Below, piece after piece: positions 55,674 through 64,000 of a stretch of 64,000 bases of DNA. Source of the stretch: Candidatus Yanofskybacteria bacterium (GTDB lineage: Bacteria > Patescibacteriota > Minisyncoccia > 2-02-FULL-40-12 > GWA2-44-9); the NCBI GenBank assembly GCA_020852375.1, contig JADZAY010000005.1:19814-83813 (forward strand), in the 5' to 3' direction. Every line of letters begins with the position of its first letter. Within the stretch, counting starts at the first letter, position 1. A model generated the notes under the pieces. It was not told the DNA's origin, searched no databases, and saw nothing but the letters and a program-made list of their open reading frames with translations. Made by a program: the position numbers and the translations under genes.

Positions 55674-56081
55674 ATGCATATCACCTCTCGTTTCATTATT
55701 ATCTGCCGCGAAGCATTCCTGACCGCAGGCAGCAATAACCTCAATCTGATCGGCATTTTCACACAGATCAATGCCGACCGGTTTCCGTTCGTGTATCCGC
55801 AGTTCGCGCTTGTGGTGAGTATTGATGTGGACGATGGCGGCACGCATACCATGGAAGCCGATGTGATCGGTCCGGGCGGTGCACGCATTGCGCGTTCCGA
55901 GTTGCCGCTCCAGGCTCGAACCGGGAATATGCAGGTCATCGCGAACTTCGAGCAGATGCAATTCGCTGCGCCTGGAACGTACACGTTCCGCGTCTCGATC
56001 GATGGGACTTCGCTCGGTGAGCGCGCACTTGAGGTGAAACCGGTGATCGCTCCTGGTCCTGAAAAGAACAACCTTGCGTAA
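55674..56081 (+). CDS. Hypothetical beta-sandwich protein
   Basis: ICREA...NLIGIF...FP...PGTY.F.V.IDG. Confidence 0.7.
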   Translation: MHITSRFIIICREAFLTAGSNNLNLIGIFTQINADRFPFVYPQFALVVSIDVDDGGTHTMEADVIGPGGARIARSELPLQARTGNMQVIANFEQMQFAAPGTYTFRVSIDGTSLGERALEVKPVIAPGPEKNNLA

Positions 56082-57024
56082 TTTTTGGCTCACTCTTCCG
56101 CGGCCGTTCTTCGTGCTCGCGCCCATGGCGGACGTTACCGATGTGCCGTTTCGGTCCATCGTGGTGCAGTGCGGGCGGCCTGATGTGTTCTACACCGAGT
56201 TTGTCTCGGCGCACGGGCTCGCGTCAGCCGGGAGAGAACGGCTCATGCTCGACCTTGCGCTCACTCCGACCGACCATCCGATCGTCGCGCAGTTCTTCGG
56301 GACGGAGCCCGAGCACCTACGCGCCGCCGGTGCCCTTGCGCGGGAGCTTGGATTCGACGGTGTCGATATCAATATGGGCTGTCCCGATCGCGCCATCATG
56401 AGGCAAGGGGCTGGTGCGGCGCTCATCCGCGATCCCGGTCGTGCGAAAGAACTGATTCATGCGATCCGTGAGGGCGCTGGTGATCTGCCGGTGGCGGTAA
56501 AGACGCGGCTCGGTCTCCGGAGTATAAGCGAGATGAATGTCTGGATCCCCGAAGTCCTTTCTGCGAAGCCCGATGTGCTTGTGGTGCACGGCAGAACCGT
56601 TGCGGAGATGAGCAAAGTCCCTGCGCATTGGGATCTCATCGGCCAGGTGGCGAGCATGGCTCGTGACGCCGATATCTTGTGCGTCGGGAATGGTGACGTG
56701 ATGAGCCGGGCGCAGGGGCTTGCATGTGCTGCGGAGTCGGGCGTTGACGGCATCATGGTCGGACGCGGCATTTTCCACGATCCCTGGCTCTTTGCGGGTC
56801 ACACAGCGCCGAAGAGCCCGCGTGAGCGGCTTCAGCTGTTGCTCGACCACACGGATGCGTGGGTCGCGCACTGGGGCGGCGTCAAATCGTTCGACCTCAT
56901 GAAAAAGTTCTACAAAGTCTATGTGTCCGGCTGGGACGGCGCCGCCCATCTCCGCGCTCGGCTCATGGAGGCGAGGGACCCTGAAACGGTGCGAGCAGTG
57001 GTCGCGGAAAGTGGTATGCTCTAG
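56074..57024 (+). CDS. tRNA-dihydrouridine synthase
   Basis: LAPMADVTD, DINMGCP, VKTRLG, HGRT, GNGDV, MVGRG. Confidence 0.95.
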   Translation: MRNFWLTLPRPFFVLAPMADVTDVPFRSIVVQCGRPDVFYTEFVSAHGLASAGRERLMLDLALTPTDHPIVAQFFGTEPEHLRAAGALARELGFDGVDINMGCPDRAIMRQGAGAALIRDPGRAKELIHAIREGAGDLPVAVKTRLGLRSISEMNVWIPEVLSAKPDVLVVHGRTVAEMSKVPAHWDLIGQVASMARDADILCVGNGDVMSRAQGLACAAESGVDGIMVGRGIFHDPWLFAGHTAPKSPRERLQLLLDHTDAWVAHWGGVKSFDLMKKFYKVYVSGWDGAAHLRARLMEARDPETVRAVVAESGML

Positions 57025-57026
57025 CC

Positions 57027-60005
57027 ATGCCGACCTCATCGGAATTTGAGCGACGGTACGAGGCGCTGAATCCCCGGCAACGGGAGGCCGTTGATGCGGT
57101 CGAGGGGCCGGTCATGGTCATTGCCGGACCCGGTACAGGGAAGACGGCTATTCTCACGCTCCGCATCGCCAACATCATGCGCCACGGAACTGAGCCGGAA
57201 GCGATCCTTGCGCTTACCTATACCGTAAACGCTGCGGTGGAAATGCAGCAGCGGCTAGCTACCATTGTCGGTGCTGCGGCATATCGCATCACGGCAGTGA
57301 CGTTCCATGGACTGTGCGAGAAGATTATTCGCGATCACGAGGACCGTTTTGCCGATCTAGCGGGGCGACGTGTTGCGGATGCAGCGGATCGGCGCCGTAT
57401 CATGGAGCGCCTCTTTGCGGATGCGCCCTACCTCGATCTTCTCGGCGGATTTGGCGATGATCCATACTACATCGACCCCGCGCTGCAAACGATTGAGGAA
57501 CTCAAGCGCGAAGGAGTGAGTCCTGAGCGACTCACTGAGCTGGTCGCGGCCGAGCGAATTGCTATTGCTGAAAATCCGGAGAATATCAGTTCCCGAGGAG
57601 CGACCAAAGGCCAACTCAAGGCAGATGCGAAGCTGTCACTTGAGCGTATGGATCGTTTGGATGAGTTGGTGTTGCTGTACCGCGACTACGAACGCGTGCT
57701 GGCAGCGGAGGGACTCTACGACTACAGCGATATGCTCACTCGTGTCTGTGCCGCATTGGAGCATGACGAGCTGCTCCGGCTGGCAGTTCAGGAGCGGTTT
57801 CAATATATTCTCGTTGACGAGCACCAAGATACGAATACGGTGCAGAATCGAATCATCGAACTCATTGCGCAGTTCTATGATTCACCGGATCTCTTTATCG
57901 TAGGCGATGAGAAGCAGGCTATCTATCGTTTCCAAGGGGCATCGCTCGATAACTTCCTCTACTTCAAGGATCGTTTCCGCGGAGTTCGTCTCATCGTACT
58001 TACCGAAAACTACCGTTCTAGTCAGCGCATTCTCGATGTCGCACACGAAGTTCGGCCGTCACATGAGCCGCTTACTGCACGGGCAGGGCATGCTGATGCG
58101 CCGATCGGGCTTGTGGCGGTTGCCACGCCGGACCTCCAGCACTACGCTGTTGGGCGCATGATCCAAGATCGGATAGCCGACGGCACCCAACCGGGAGAGA
58201 TTGCCGTGCTGTATCGACGGAATAGTGACGGTCAAGAACTCGCCGGCATGCTTGCGCGGATGGGCGTTCCGTACAGCATCGACGCCTCGCTCGACCTCTT
58301 GGACGACCCGGATATCTTCCGCCTTCTTTTGCTTCTTGAAGCGATCCGCGAGTACGGTGTACCCGGCCCGCTTTATGAGGCGCTCCACGTACCGTGGCTC
58401 GGTGTTCTTCCTTTAGATCTCTATAAGCTGAATTGGTTCTGTGGACATGTTCGTAATCCTTATGATGTTATTGCGAGCACGCCACTGATGCGCGAGGCGC
58501 ACCTTACCGAGCCTGAGCGTTTGGTGACACTCTCACATCGCTTGGCGGGGTGGCATGCGCTTGCAAAGCACGAAAACCCGGCTCGTACATTGGAGACGAT
58601 ACTCGAGGAATCCGGATGTCTCGCCGCATTCCTCGCTCACCCGGAGAGCCAGCAAAAGCTGGCCCGCCTTCACTCCATGTATGATATCGCCCGCGACCTC
58701 GTTCGAACTGATCGCCAGGCGACCCTTCTCGATTTCGTGGATCGTATTCGCTACATACGCGACAAAGGGATTCGCCTTCAGATGCGCACCACGGTCGTTC
58801 CCGGTCGCGTTCGTCTCATGACGGCTCACAGCGCAAAGGGGTTGGAATTTGATTCTGTATTCCTCATCGATTGCTACGAAAAACATTGGCCGTCACCACG
58901 GCGTGGATCCCCATTGGCGCTTCCTGCATCGGTGTATCGGCTCCGCCCGGTCGCCCAGACTGATGACGCCGAAGCGGAGGAGCGGAACTTGTTCTTTGTC
59001 GCGCTCACGCGTGCTCGAAAGAATGCTGTAATCTGCTGGCCCACGCACGATCAACAGGGCAAAGAGCTTACTCCGAGCCGCTTCATCGAACTGCTCTCGC
59101 CGGATATGGTGGAAACGGTGGACATGAAGGCGGTCGAGCGCAACTATGCGGAACAGCAATACATTCGACTCACTCCGCTGCCTGCCCGCCAGCCCGAGAT
59201 CGCTGACCGGGAGTACTTGAGAGATCGATTTTTGCAGCAAGGACTTTCCGCAACTGGTCTCAACAACTACCTTGCCTGCCCGTGGAAGTACTTCTATCGC
59301 AACCTCGTGCGTATCCCGGAGGCGCCAAGCGCCCCACTGATGTACGGGAGCGCCGTCGATCGAGCACTTGAGCGCTTCTTCAACGCCCGAGATGCAGGGG
59401 AGCCCGTAGTATGTGAAACGCTTCTCGCGTTTTTCCGCGAGGGGGTGCGAGAGCATCCGTTCTCCGGCCGGGATTTCGCGGAGGCAACTGCGAAGGGAGA
59501 GCGTGCGCTCCAGGGTTGGTATGAGCGGCACCATGCAGCATGGCCGATGCGAAGCCGACAGCAGGTTGCCATTTCGGGTATTCCTATTCCCGATACGGGC
59601 GGCGCAACACTAAAGGGCACCCTCGACAAATTGGAGCTGCTCGGTGACAACCGTGTCCGGGTCGTTGATTTCAAGACGGGCCGTTTTAGCAAGGCGAAAA
59701 CGGCATCGGACGGGGACTATGTACGCCAGCTCACATTTTATCGCGCACTCCTCGATCGTTGGCAGGATGGGCGCTTTACCATGACTGAAGGCGCTCTCGA
59801 TTTCATCGATCCCGATGCTCGCGGGACATATCACCGAGTGAGCTTCGACATCACTCAAAAGGACGGCGATGCGCTTGTGGAGCAGGCGGCAGATGTGGCA
59901 CAAAAAATACTTGCGCTCGAATTCTGGAATGCCCGATGCGATGACCCCGACTGTCAGTATTGTCAATTGCGGGAGGGGATGAACGCGTCGGTTGCACCGG
60001 CGTAA
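57027..60005 (+). CDS. UvrD/PcrA-family helicase with C-terminal PD-(D/E)XK nuclease
   Basis: AGPGTGKT, VDEHQD, QAIYRFQGA, AKGLEF, VALTRAR; GTLDK..VVDFKTG; Cys cluster (CP...C....CQYC). Confidence 0.95.
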   Translation: MPTSSEFERRYEALNPRQREAVDAVEGPVMVIAGPGTGKTAILTLRIANIMRHGTEPEAILALTYTVNAAVEMQQRLATIVGAAAYRITAVTFHGLCEKIIRDHEDRFADLAGRRVADAADRRRIMERLFADAPYLDLLGGFGDDPYYIDPALQTIEELKREGVSPERLTELVAAERIAIAENPENISSRGATKGQLKADAKLSLERMDRLDELVLLYRDYERVLAAEGLYDYSDMLTRVCAALEHDELLRLAVQERFQYILVDEHQDTNTVQNRIIELIAQFYDSPDLFIVGDEKQAIYRFQGASLDNFLYFKDRFRGVRLIVLTENYRSSQRILDVAHEVRPSHEPLTARAGHADAPIGLVAVATPDLQHYAVGRMIQDRIADGTQPGEIAVLYRRNSDGQELAGMLARMGVPYSIDASLDLLDDPDIFRLLLLLEAIREYGVPGPLYEALHVPWLGVLPLDLYKLNWFCGHVRNPYDVIASTPLMREAHLTEPERLVTLSHRLAGWHALAKHENPARTLETILEESGCLAAFLAHPESQQKLARLHSMYDIARDLVRTDRQATLLDFVDRIRYIRDKGIRLQMRTTVVPGRVRLMTAHSAKGLEFDSVFLIDCYEKHWPSPRRGSPLALPASVYRLRPVAQTDDAEAEERNLFFVALTRARKNAVICWPTHDQQGKELTPSRFIELLSPDMVETVDMKAVERNYAEQQYIRLTPLPARQPEIADREYLRDRFLQQGLSATGLNNYLACPWKYFYRNLVRIPEAPSAPLMYGSAVDRALERFFNARDAGEPVVCETLLAFFREGVREHPFSGRDFAEATAKGERALQGWYERHHAAWPMRSRQQVAISGIPIPDTGGATLKGTLDKLELLGDNRVRVVDFKTGRFSKAKTASDGDYVRQLTFYRALLDRWQDGRFTMTEGALDFIDPDARGTYHRVSFDITQKDGDALVEQAADVAQKILALEFWNARCDDPDCQYCQLREGMNASVAPA

Positions 60006-60050
60006 AAAAAACAACCCCGCGCTAGGCGCGGGGCGGGGAGCGGTGAATTA

Positions 60051-60167
60051 CTACTGGGGCGGATTCGCTCGGCACATCTTCTTCTGGATGGGCTTCCGAA
60101 CCAGCGCCCACCACAGGATGCGCATGCCGACCGCGGCGAGCACGACGGCGACGATCCAGCTGGTCAT
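60051..60167 (-). CDS. 38-aa single-TM peptide
   Basis: SD AAGGAG; MTSWIVAVVLAAVGMRILWW. Confidence 0.5.
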   Translation of the reverse strand: MTSWIVAVVLAAVGMRILWWALVRKPIQKKMCRANPPQ

Positions 60168-60175
60168 AGTTCTCC

Positions 60176-60382
60176 TTACCGCCGAAGCAGGCCCTGAAGG
60201 CGGGCAGCCTCGGCCTCTTCCTGCTGCCGGCGCACCTTCTCGGCGCGCTCGGTAGTGTAGGTTCGGTGCGCCCAGTTTCGGAGCGCCAGGACGCCGATGA
60301 CGGCTCCCACGATGAGTCGGAACCCAACCACGGCAGTGGTCTTCGCCACGGCGGTCAGACGCTCTTTCGTCGCCTGTTCCAT
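60176..60382 (-). CDS. Small single-TM protein
   Basis: TTGACT-16-TATAAT promoter; SD AGGAGGT. Confidence 0.6.
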   Translation of the reverse strand: MEQATKERLTAVAKTTAVVGFRLIVGAVIGVLALRNWAHRTYTTERAEKVRRQQEEAEAARLQGLLRR

Positions 60383-60450
60383 GCCGACCTCCTGTGAGTC
60401 CATTATAGCATATACACACAAAAAGTCAACTTTCCACAATAGCGATAGAT

Positions 60451-60592
60451 CTCCTCCGCCGCCATTCACTTCGCCGCAATGCTTCGGAGGGCCGAGGGCT
60501 TGGTTCTGCCGAGGCCCGAGAACTCAAGGACACCGGCGGCCGCCGGAGCCGTCGGATGTCCGGTTGCGCCGAGGTGGATGGCGGCGGAGGAG
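60451..60592 (+). repeat. Structured palindromic element B with a 29-bp terminal inverted repeat
   Basis: 26/29 complementary, two of the deviations being G-U on the + strand; core related to 44501-44651. Confidence 0.75.
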
Positions 60593-60652
60593 TGTCAGCC
60601 GTCCACACGGGTAGAGTTGGCGGCTGCCGTGGGGTGCGCTATACTGAATTGC

Positions 60653-62668
60653 GTGAAGATCATCAACGTTCTCAAGGACGACTCGCTTGCCGACATTCTC
60701 GACATCTTTCGGCAGGCACCCGCTGGGGAGGTCATTCTCGTGCTGCCGCGCGTCGGAAAGCTTTTTCGGACCGAAGATCACTTTGCCGCTTTTGCATCCG
60801 AAGCATCCCAGGGGGGCAAGACGGTCTCTCTTCTCACAGGCAACCCCACGACCGCGCAGCTTGCGCGAAAGTTCGGTTTTGCGGTGATGGCCTCGAATGC
60901 CACGAAAAAACCCACTTCAAAGAAGAAGACGAAAGCGGCTCCCAAGGCTCAGCTGGCAACCGCACCATTTCCGGGCGATCCTGATGTTCAGGATTTTGGC
61001 GACAATGCCGACCTCGGCGATGTCGTCCTGCCGTCGGATCAGACCATGGGCTCAACACCGAGTGATGCTGACGAGGTCGACCCGCTGCACGGGATGACGC
61101 TGCTCGACGAAGAAGGGAATCCGGTTGATGAGAATGAGGATGGTGAGCCGGACCAGCCCGATAATGAAGATCTTATGATCGGCGACGACGCCGAATTGAT
61201 GGCGAGTGACGGTTCCGCTCCGACCGCAACGCTTGCGGCTTCGGTCGACGGTGTCCGGCAGGGAGCTGCCCGCAAGAACATCACCCCATCGGCACGCGCC
61301 GAGCGGCCCACGAAAGTTCCGGTACAGCGTTCTGCCGCTCGGGATGACCTCGATTATATCGACGCAATGTGGCGCGATAAGATCGGTCGTGCAGCAGCGC
61401 GTCCGCTGCCCGCAGCGCGTTTTGGGTCGCGTATTCCTTCTTTCTTCGCCAAGATGACCCGCATGACCGGCAGGTCGCTGGGGAGCGTCTCAGCGTCCAA
61501 GAAGATCGCGGCCGGCATGCTCGGCGGGGCGATCATTATCCTTGGTGCCGTCGTATACCTCGTGACCGGTTCTGCGAACGTTCGCATCGTCCCGGTTGCC
61601 CATTCTGTGGATGCGCAGTACACCGTTCAGGCGTCCGACGTCTTTTCGACCATCGATGACACGTTCCTCAAAATTCCCGGCCAGCTCCTTGAGGTGAGCA
61701 AAACACAGTCCGCAACCATCTCTGCCAGCGGCATGCGCGATGTCGCCTCCAAAGCACGCGGCACCATCACGATCTCCAACGAATACTCCTCGTCGCCGCA
61801 GACGCTGGTTGCAACGACGCGATTCCGCGCAGAGGATGGACACATTTTCCGAACGCTCCAGTCGGTAGTGGTTCCGGGGAGCACGCTGGTAGCGGGAAAG
61901 TCCGTCCCGGGAACCGTTCGAGTCGAGGTCATCGCGGATAAACCGGGTCCCGAATACAACGTCCCCGCCGGAACGTTCACGATCGCCGCCTTCCTTGAGA
62001 AGGGCGATACCGAAAAAGCGAAAAAACTGTACGGCACCTCCTCGCAAGCGATGTCTGGCGGTGCGAGCGGCCCATCGAAGGTCGTAACGCAAGCCGACTA
62101 CGACCAGGCGAAATCCCTTGCAACGGCCGGCGTGAAGGAACAGATCAAAGCCGCGCTTGCCGCGCAGGGCGGAGGACTGCTCGTCATTCAGGCGGACGCT
62201 CCGGCATTCAACGAGGCGCAGTCGACCGCCAAACCCGATGATGCTGCCGATGCCGTCACCGTTACCATGTCTGCACGCCTGAAGACGATCGCGTTCCGCG
62301 AGTCGGATCTGCACGAGCTCATCCGACGATTTTCGCTGAAGAAGGACCGGCTGGTCGTCGATCCCGCCCGCCTTGCGATCACATACGGCGACGTCCAATT
62401 CAAAGAAGATATGGGCATCCTGAGTTTCACCCTGGCGCTGACAGGTTCCGGATATCAGCCACTCGATATTGAGGCGATCCAGAAGGATGTGGCTGGGAAG
62501 AAGAGCGCCGGAATTCGCGAGTATTTCCAAGGCAAAGCCGAAGTCCAGTCAGCGACCGCAACGCTTTCGCCGTTCTGGGTGCGCACCGCTCCCAAAAATC
62601 CGGCCCGTATTCGTGTCGACATCGTCTTCCCTGAGGATGGGTCCCCGGCACCCGAGGAATCCCGTTGA
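60653..62668 (+). CDS. Membrane protein with a baseplate-J-like extracellular domain
   Basis: Acidic linker, one TM, ARGTITISN...QTLVATTRF...ADKPGPEYN...GG, PFW. Confidence 0.8.
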   Translation: MKIINVLKDDSLADILDIFRQAPAGEVILVLPRVGKLFRTEDHFAAFASEASQGGKTVSLLTGNPTTAQLARKFGFAVMASNATKKPTSKKKTKAAPKAQLATAPFPGDPDVQDFGDNADLGDVVLPSDQTMGSTPSDADEVDPLHGMTLLDEEGNPVDENEDGEPDQPDNEDLMIGDDAELMASDGSAPTATLAASVDGVRQGAARKNITPSARAERPTKVPVQRSAARDDLDYIDAMWRDKIGRAAARPLPAARFGSRIPSFFAKMTRMTGRSLGSVSASKKIAAGMLGGAIIILGAVVYLVTGSANVRIVPVAHSVDAQYTVQASDVFSTIDDTFLKIPGQLLEVSKTQSATISASGMRDVASKARGTITISNEYSSSPQTLVATTRFRAEDGHIFRTLQSVVVPGSTLVAGKSVPGTVRVEVIADKPGPEYNVPAGTFTIAAFLEKGDTEKAKKLYGTSSQAMSGGASGPSKVVTQADYDQAKSLATAGVKEQIKAALAAQGGGLLVIQADAPAFNEAQSTAKPDDAADAVTVTMSARLKTIAFRESDLHELIRRFSLKKDRLVVDPARLAITYGDVQFKEDMGILSFTLALTGSGYQPLDIEAIQKDVAGKKSAGIREYFQGKAEVQSATATLSPFWVRTAPKNPARIRVDIVFPEDGSPAPEESR

Positions 62669-62749
62669 CAGCCGAGGAGGGGTTTGCTATCATGGACGAG
62701 CTTTGTTGCCATGGCCTGAGTGCTTTGGCACGGCCTTTTCCAAGCACCC

Positions 62750-62962
62750 TTGAGCGACCAGAACAAGCAAAAAGTCATCGGCATCGTCATTGAGGCGTTG
62801 CCTGACGCCACATTTCGTGTCCAGCTGGACGACGGAACGGTTGTGCTGGCCTATTTGGCCGGCCGTATGCGCCTTCACTATGTGAAGGTTATGGTGAGCG
62901 ATCGGGTCACGCTCGAACTGAGTCCCGACCGGACTCGAGGGCGTATCGTATATCGGAATTGA
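62750..62962 (+). CDS. infA: Translation initiation factor IF-1
   Basis: GIVIEALPDATFRV, AYLAGRMR, RGRIVYR; probable TTG start; promoter TTGACA-17-TATCAT at 62665-62693. Confidence 0.95.
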   Translation: MSDQNKQKVIGIVIEALPDATFRVQLDDGTVVLAYLAGRMRLHYVKVMVSDRVTLELSPDRTRGRIVYRN

Positions 62963-62974
62963 TCATATTCAGTC

Positions 62975-63088
62975 GTGAAGGTCCGTGCATCTGTAAAACC
63001 AATGTGCAAGAACTGCAAACTCGTACGGCGCAAGAAGCGCTTGTATTGTGTGTGCAAGATCGCCAAGCACAAGCAGCGTCAGGGCTAA
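62975..63088 (+). CDS. rpmJ: 50S ribosomal protein L36 (not in ORF track)
   Basis: [37 protein letters not shown]. Confidence 0.97.
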   Translation: MKVRASVKPMCKNCKLVRRKKRLYCVCKIAKHKQRQG

Positions 63089-63106
63089 CATCCACGACCA
63101 CTCACT

Positions 63107-63493
63107 ATGCCACGCATTTTCGGTGTCACCATTCCCGATAATAAGAAGATCCTCTACTCTTTGCCGTACCTGTACGGCATCGGCCTGACGACTGCAGGGG
63201 TCATTCTGAAGAGCGCGGGGATCGATCCGAACAAGAAGGCAAGCGAGCTTTCGGGCGAAGAGCTCGGTAAGATCCAAAAGATCATCGAGCGTGCATACAA
63301 GATCGAGGGAGATCTTCGCAAGGAGATCAGCTCGAACATTAAGCACTACCGCGAGACGGGAACGTGGCGTGGTTCGCGGCTTGCTCGCCGTCTGCCGGTG
63401 AAGGGTCGCAGCAAGACCAACAGCCGCACGACCCGCGGGAATGTTCGCAAGACGATGGGTTCTGGCCGCGCAAAGGCAGCTGAAAAGACATGA
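63107..63493 (+). CDS. rpsM: 30S ribosomal protein S13
   Basis: YGIG, EGDLR, RRLPVKGR.KTNSRT. Confidence 0.97.
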   Translation: MPRIFGVTIPDNKKILYSLPYLYGIGLTTAGVILKSAGIDPNKKASELSGEELGKIQKIIERAYKIEGDLRKEISSNIKHYRETGTWRGSRLARRLPVKGRSKTNSRTTRGNVRKTMGSGRAKAAEKT

Positions 63494-63501
63494 TCTGAAC
63501 C

Positions 63502-63939
63502 ATGGGAAAACGGACTATCATCACAAAGGAAGGGGAATCAGCTGCACCCGAAGCCGCGGCAGCTCCCGCAGCCCGCAAAGGCGCCAAGAAGCAGGTGCTC
63601 AACGGTGTCGTGCACATCAATATTTCATACAACAACACGCTCATTGCCGTGTCTGATCTGGCAGGCAATGTGATCGCATTCTCCAGCGCAGGGCTGCTCG
63701 GATTCAAGGGAAGCAAGAAGTCCACTCCGTATGCCGCAAGCCTGGTCGCGAAGGATGCGGTTGAGAAGGCGAAACGGTTCGGCCTCATGAACGTTCGCAT
63801 CGTCGTGAAGGGAGTTGGTCCTGCTCGCGAGAGCGCGGTCCGCAGTGTTGCCGGAACGGGTTTAAATATCACGGCTTTGATGGACTCGACGCCGGTGCCA
63901 CACAACGGAGTGAAGTCACCGAAGCCTCGCCGCATCTAG
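63502..63939 (+). CDS. rpsK: 30S ribosomal protein S11
   Basis: YNNT, GFKGSKKSTPYAA, PVPHNG..PKPRR. Confidence 0.97.
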   Translation: MGKRTIITKEGESAAPEAAAAPAARKGAKKQVLNGVVHINISYNNTLIAVSDLAGNVIAFSSAGLLGFKGSKKSTPYAASLVAKDAVEKAKRFGLMNVRIVVKGVGPARESAVRSVAGTGLNITALMDSTPVPHNGVKSPKPRRI

Positions 63940-63951
63940 CATTTTGTACAC

Positions 63952-64000
63952 ATGGCACGCTATCTCGGACCAAAAGAAAAGATCGAACGACGCCTGGGCG
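63952..64000 (+). CDS. rpsD: 30S ribosomal protein S4 (N-terminus, truncated by the window)
   Basis: MARYLGPKEKIERRLG directly after rpsK. Confidence 0.92.
   Translation, partial: MARYLGPKEKIERRLG

Noticed and set aside
1-64000. Alternative genetic code (TGA recoding)
   Set aside because: Conserved genes (dut, infA, rpsM, pyrD) end at TGA at the expected lengths and are not fragmented.

Overview
GC-rich bacterial chromosome segment read with the standard code (TGA is used as stop). The gene set suggests Patescibacteria/CPR, Parcubacteria-like (inference): short AlaRS, DsbA-VKOR-DsbA next to a pilin, coiled-coil lytic transglycosylase, baseplate-J-like protein, rny, infA-rpmJ-rpsM-rpsK-rpsD. 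From 1 to about 16 kb it is accessory: an NrtR-linked nicotinamidase/vWA operon, many small self-contained gene units (own promoter, strong SD, terminator), a 91-bp intergenic direct repeat, and an unexpected 4Fe-4S plus NrfD/triheme-cytochrome pair. The remainder is mostly housekeeping genes, many apparently leaderless. The most striking signals are non-coding. (1) A complete tRNA-Pro(TGG) is nested inside the anticodon loop of a second tRNA-Pro(GGG) scaffold and clamped by an extra helix. (2) A family of structured elements of about 115-160 nt occurs behind three different tRNAs, each with a conserved core closed by a stem copied from its own host tRNA's T-arm; related cores occur at non-tRNA sites. 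All calls come from reading the sequence by eye; no searches or folding programs were run.
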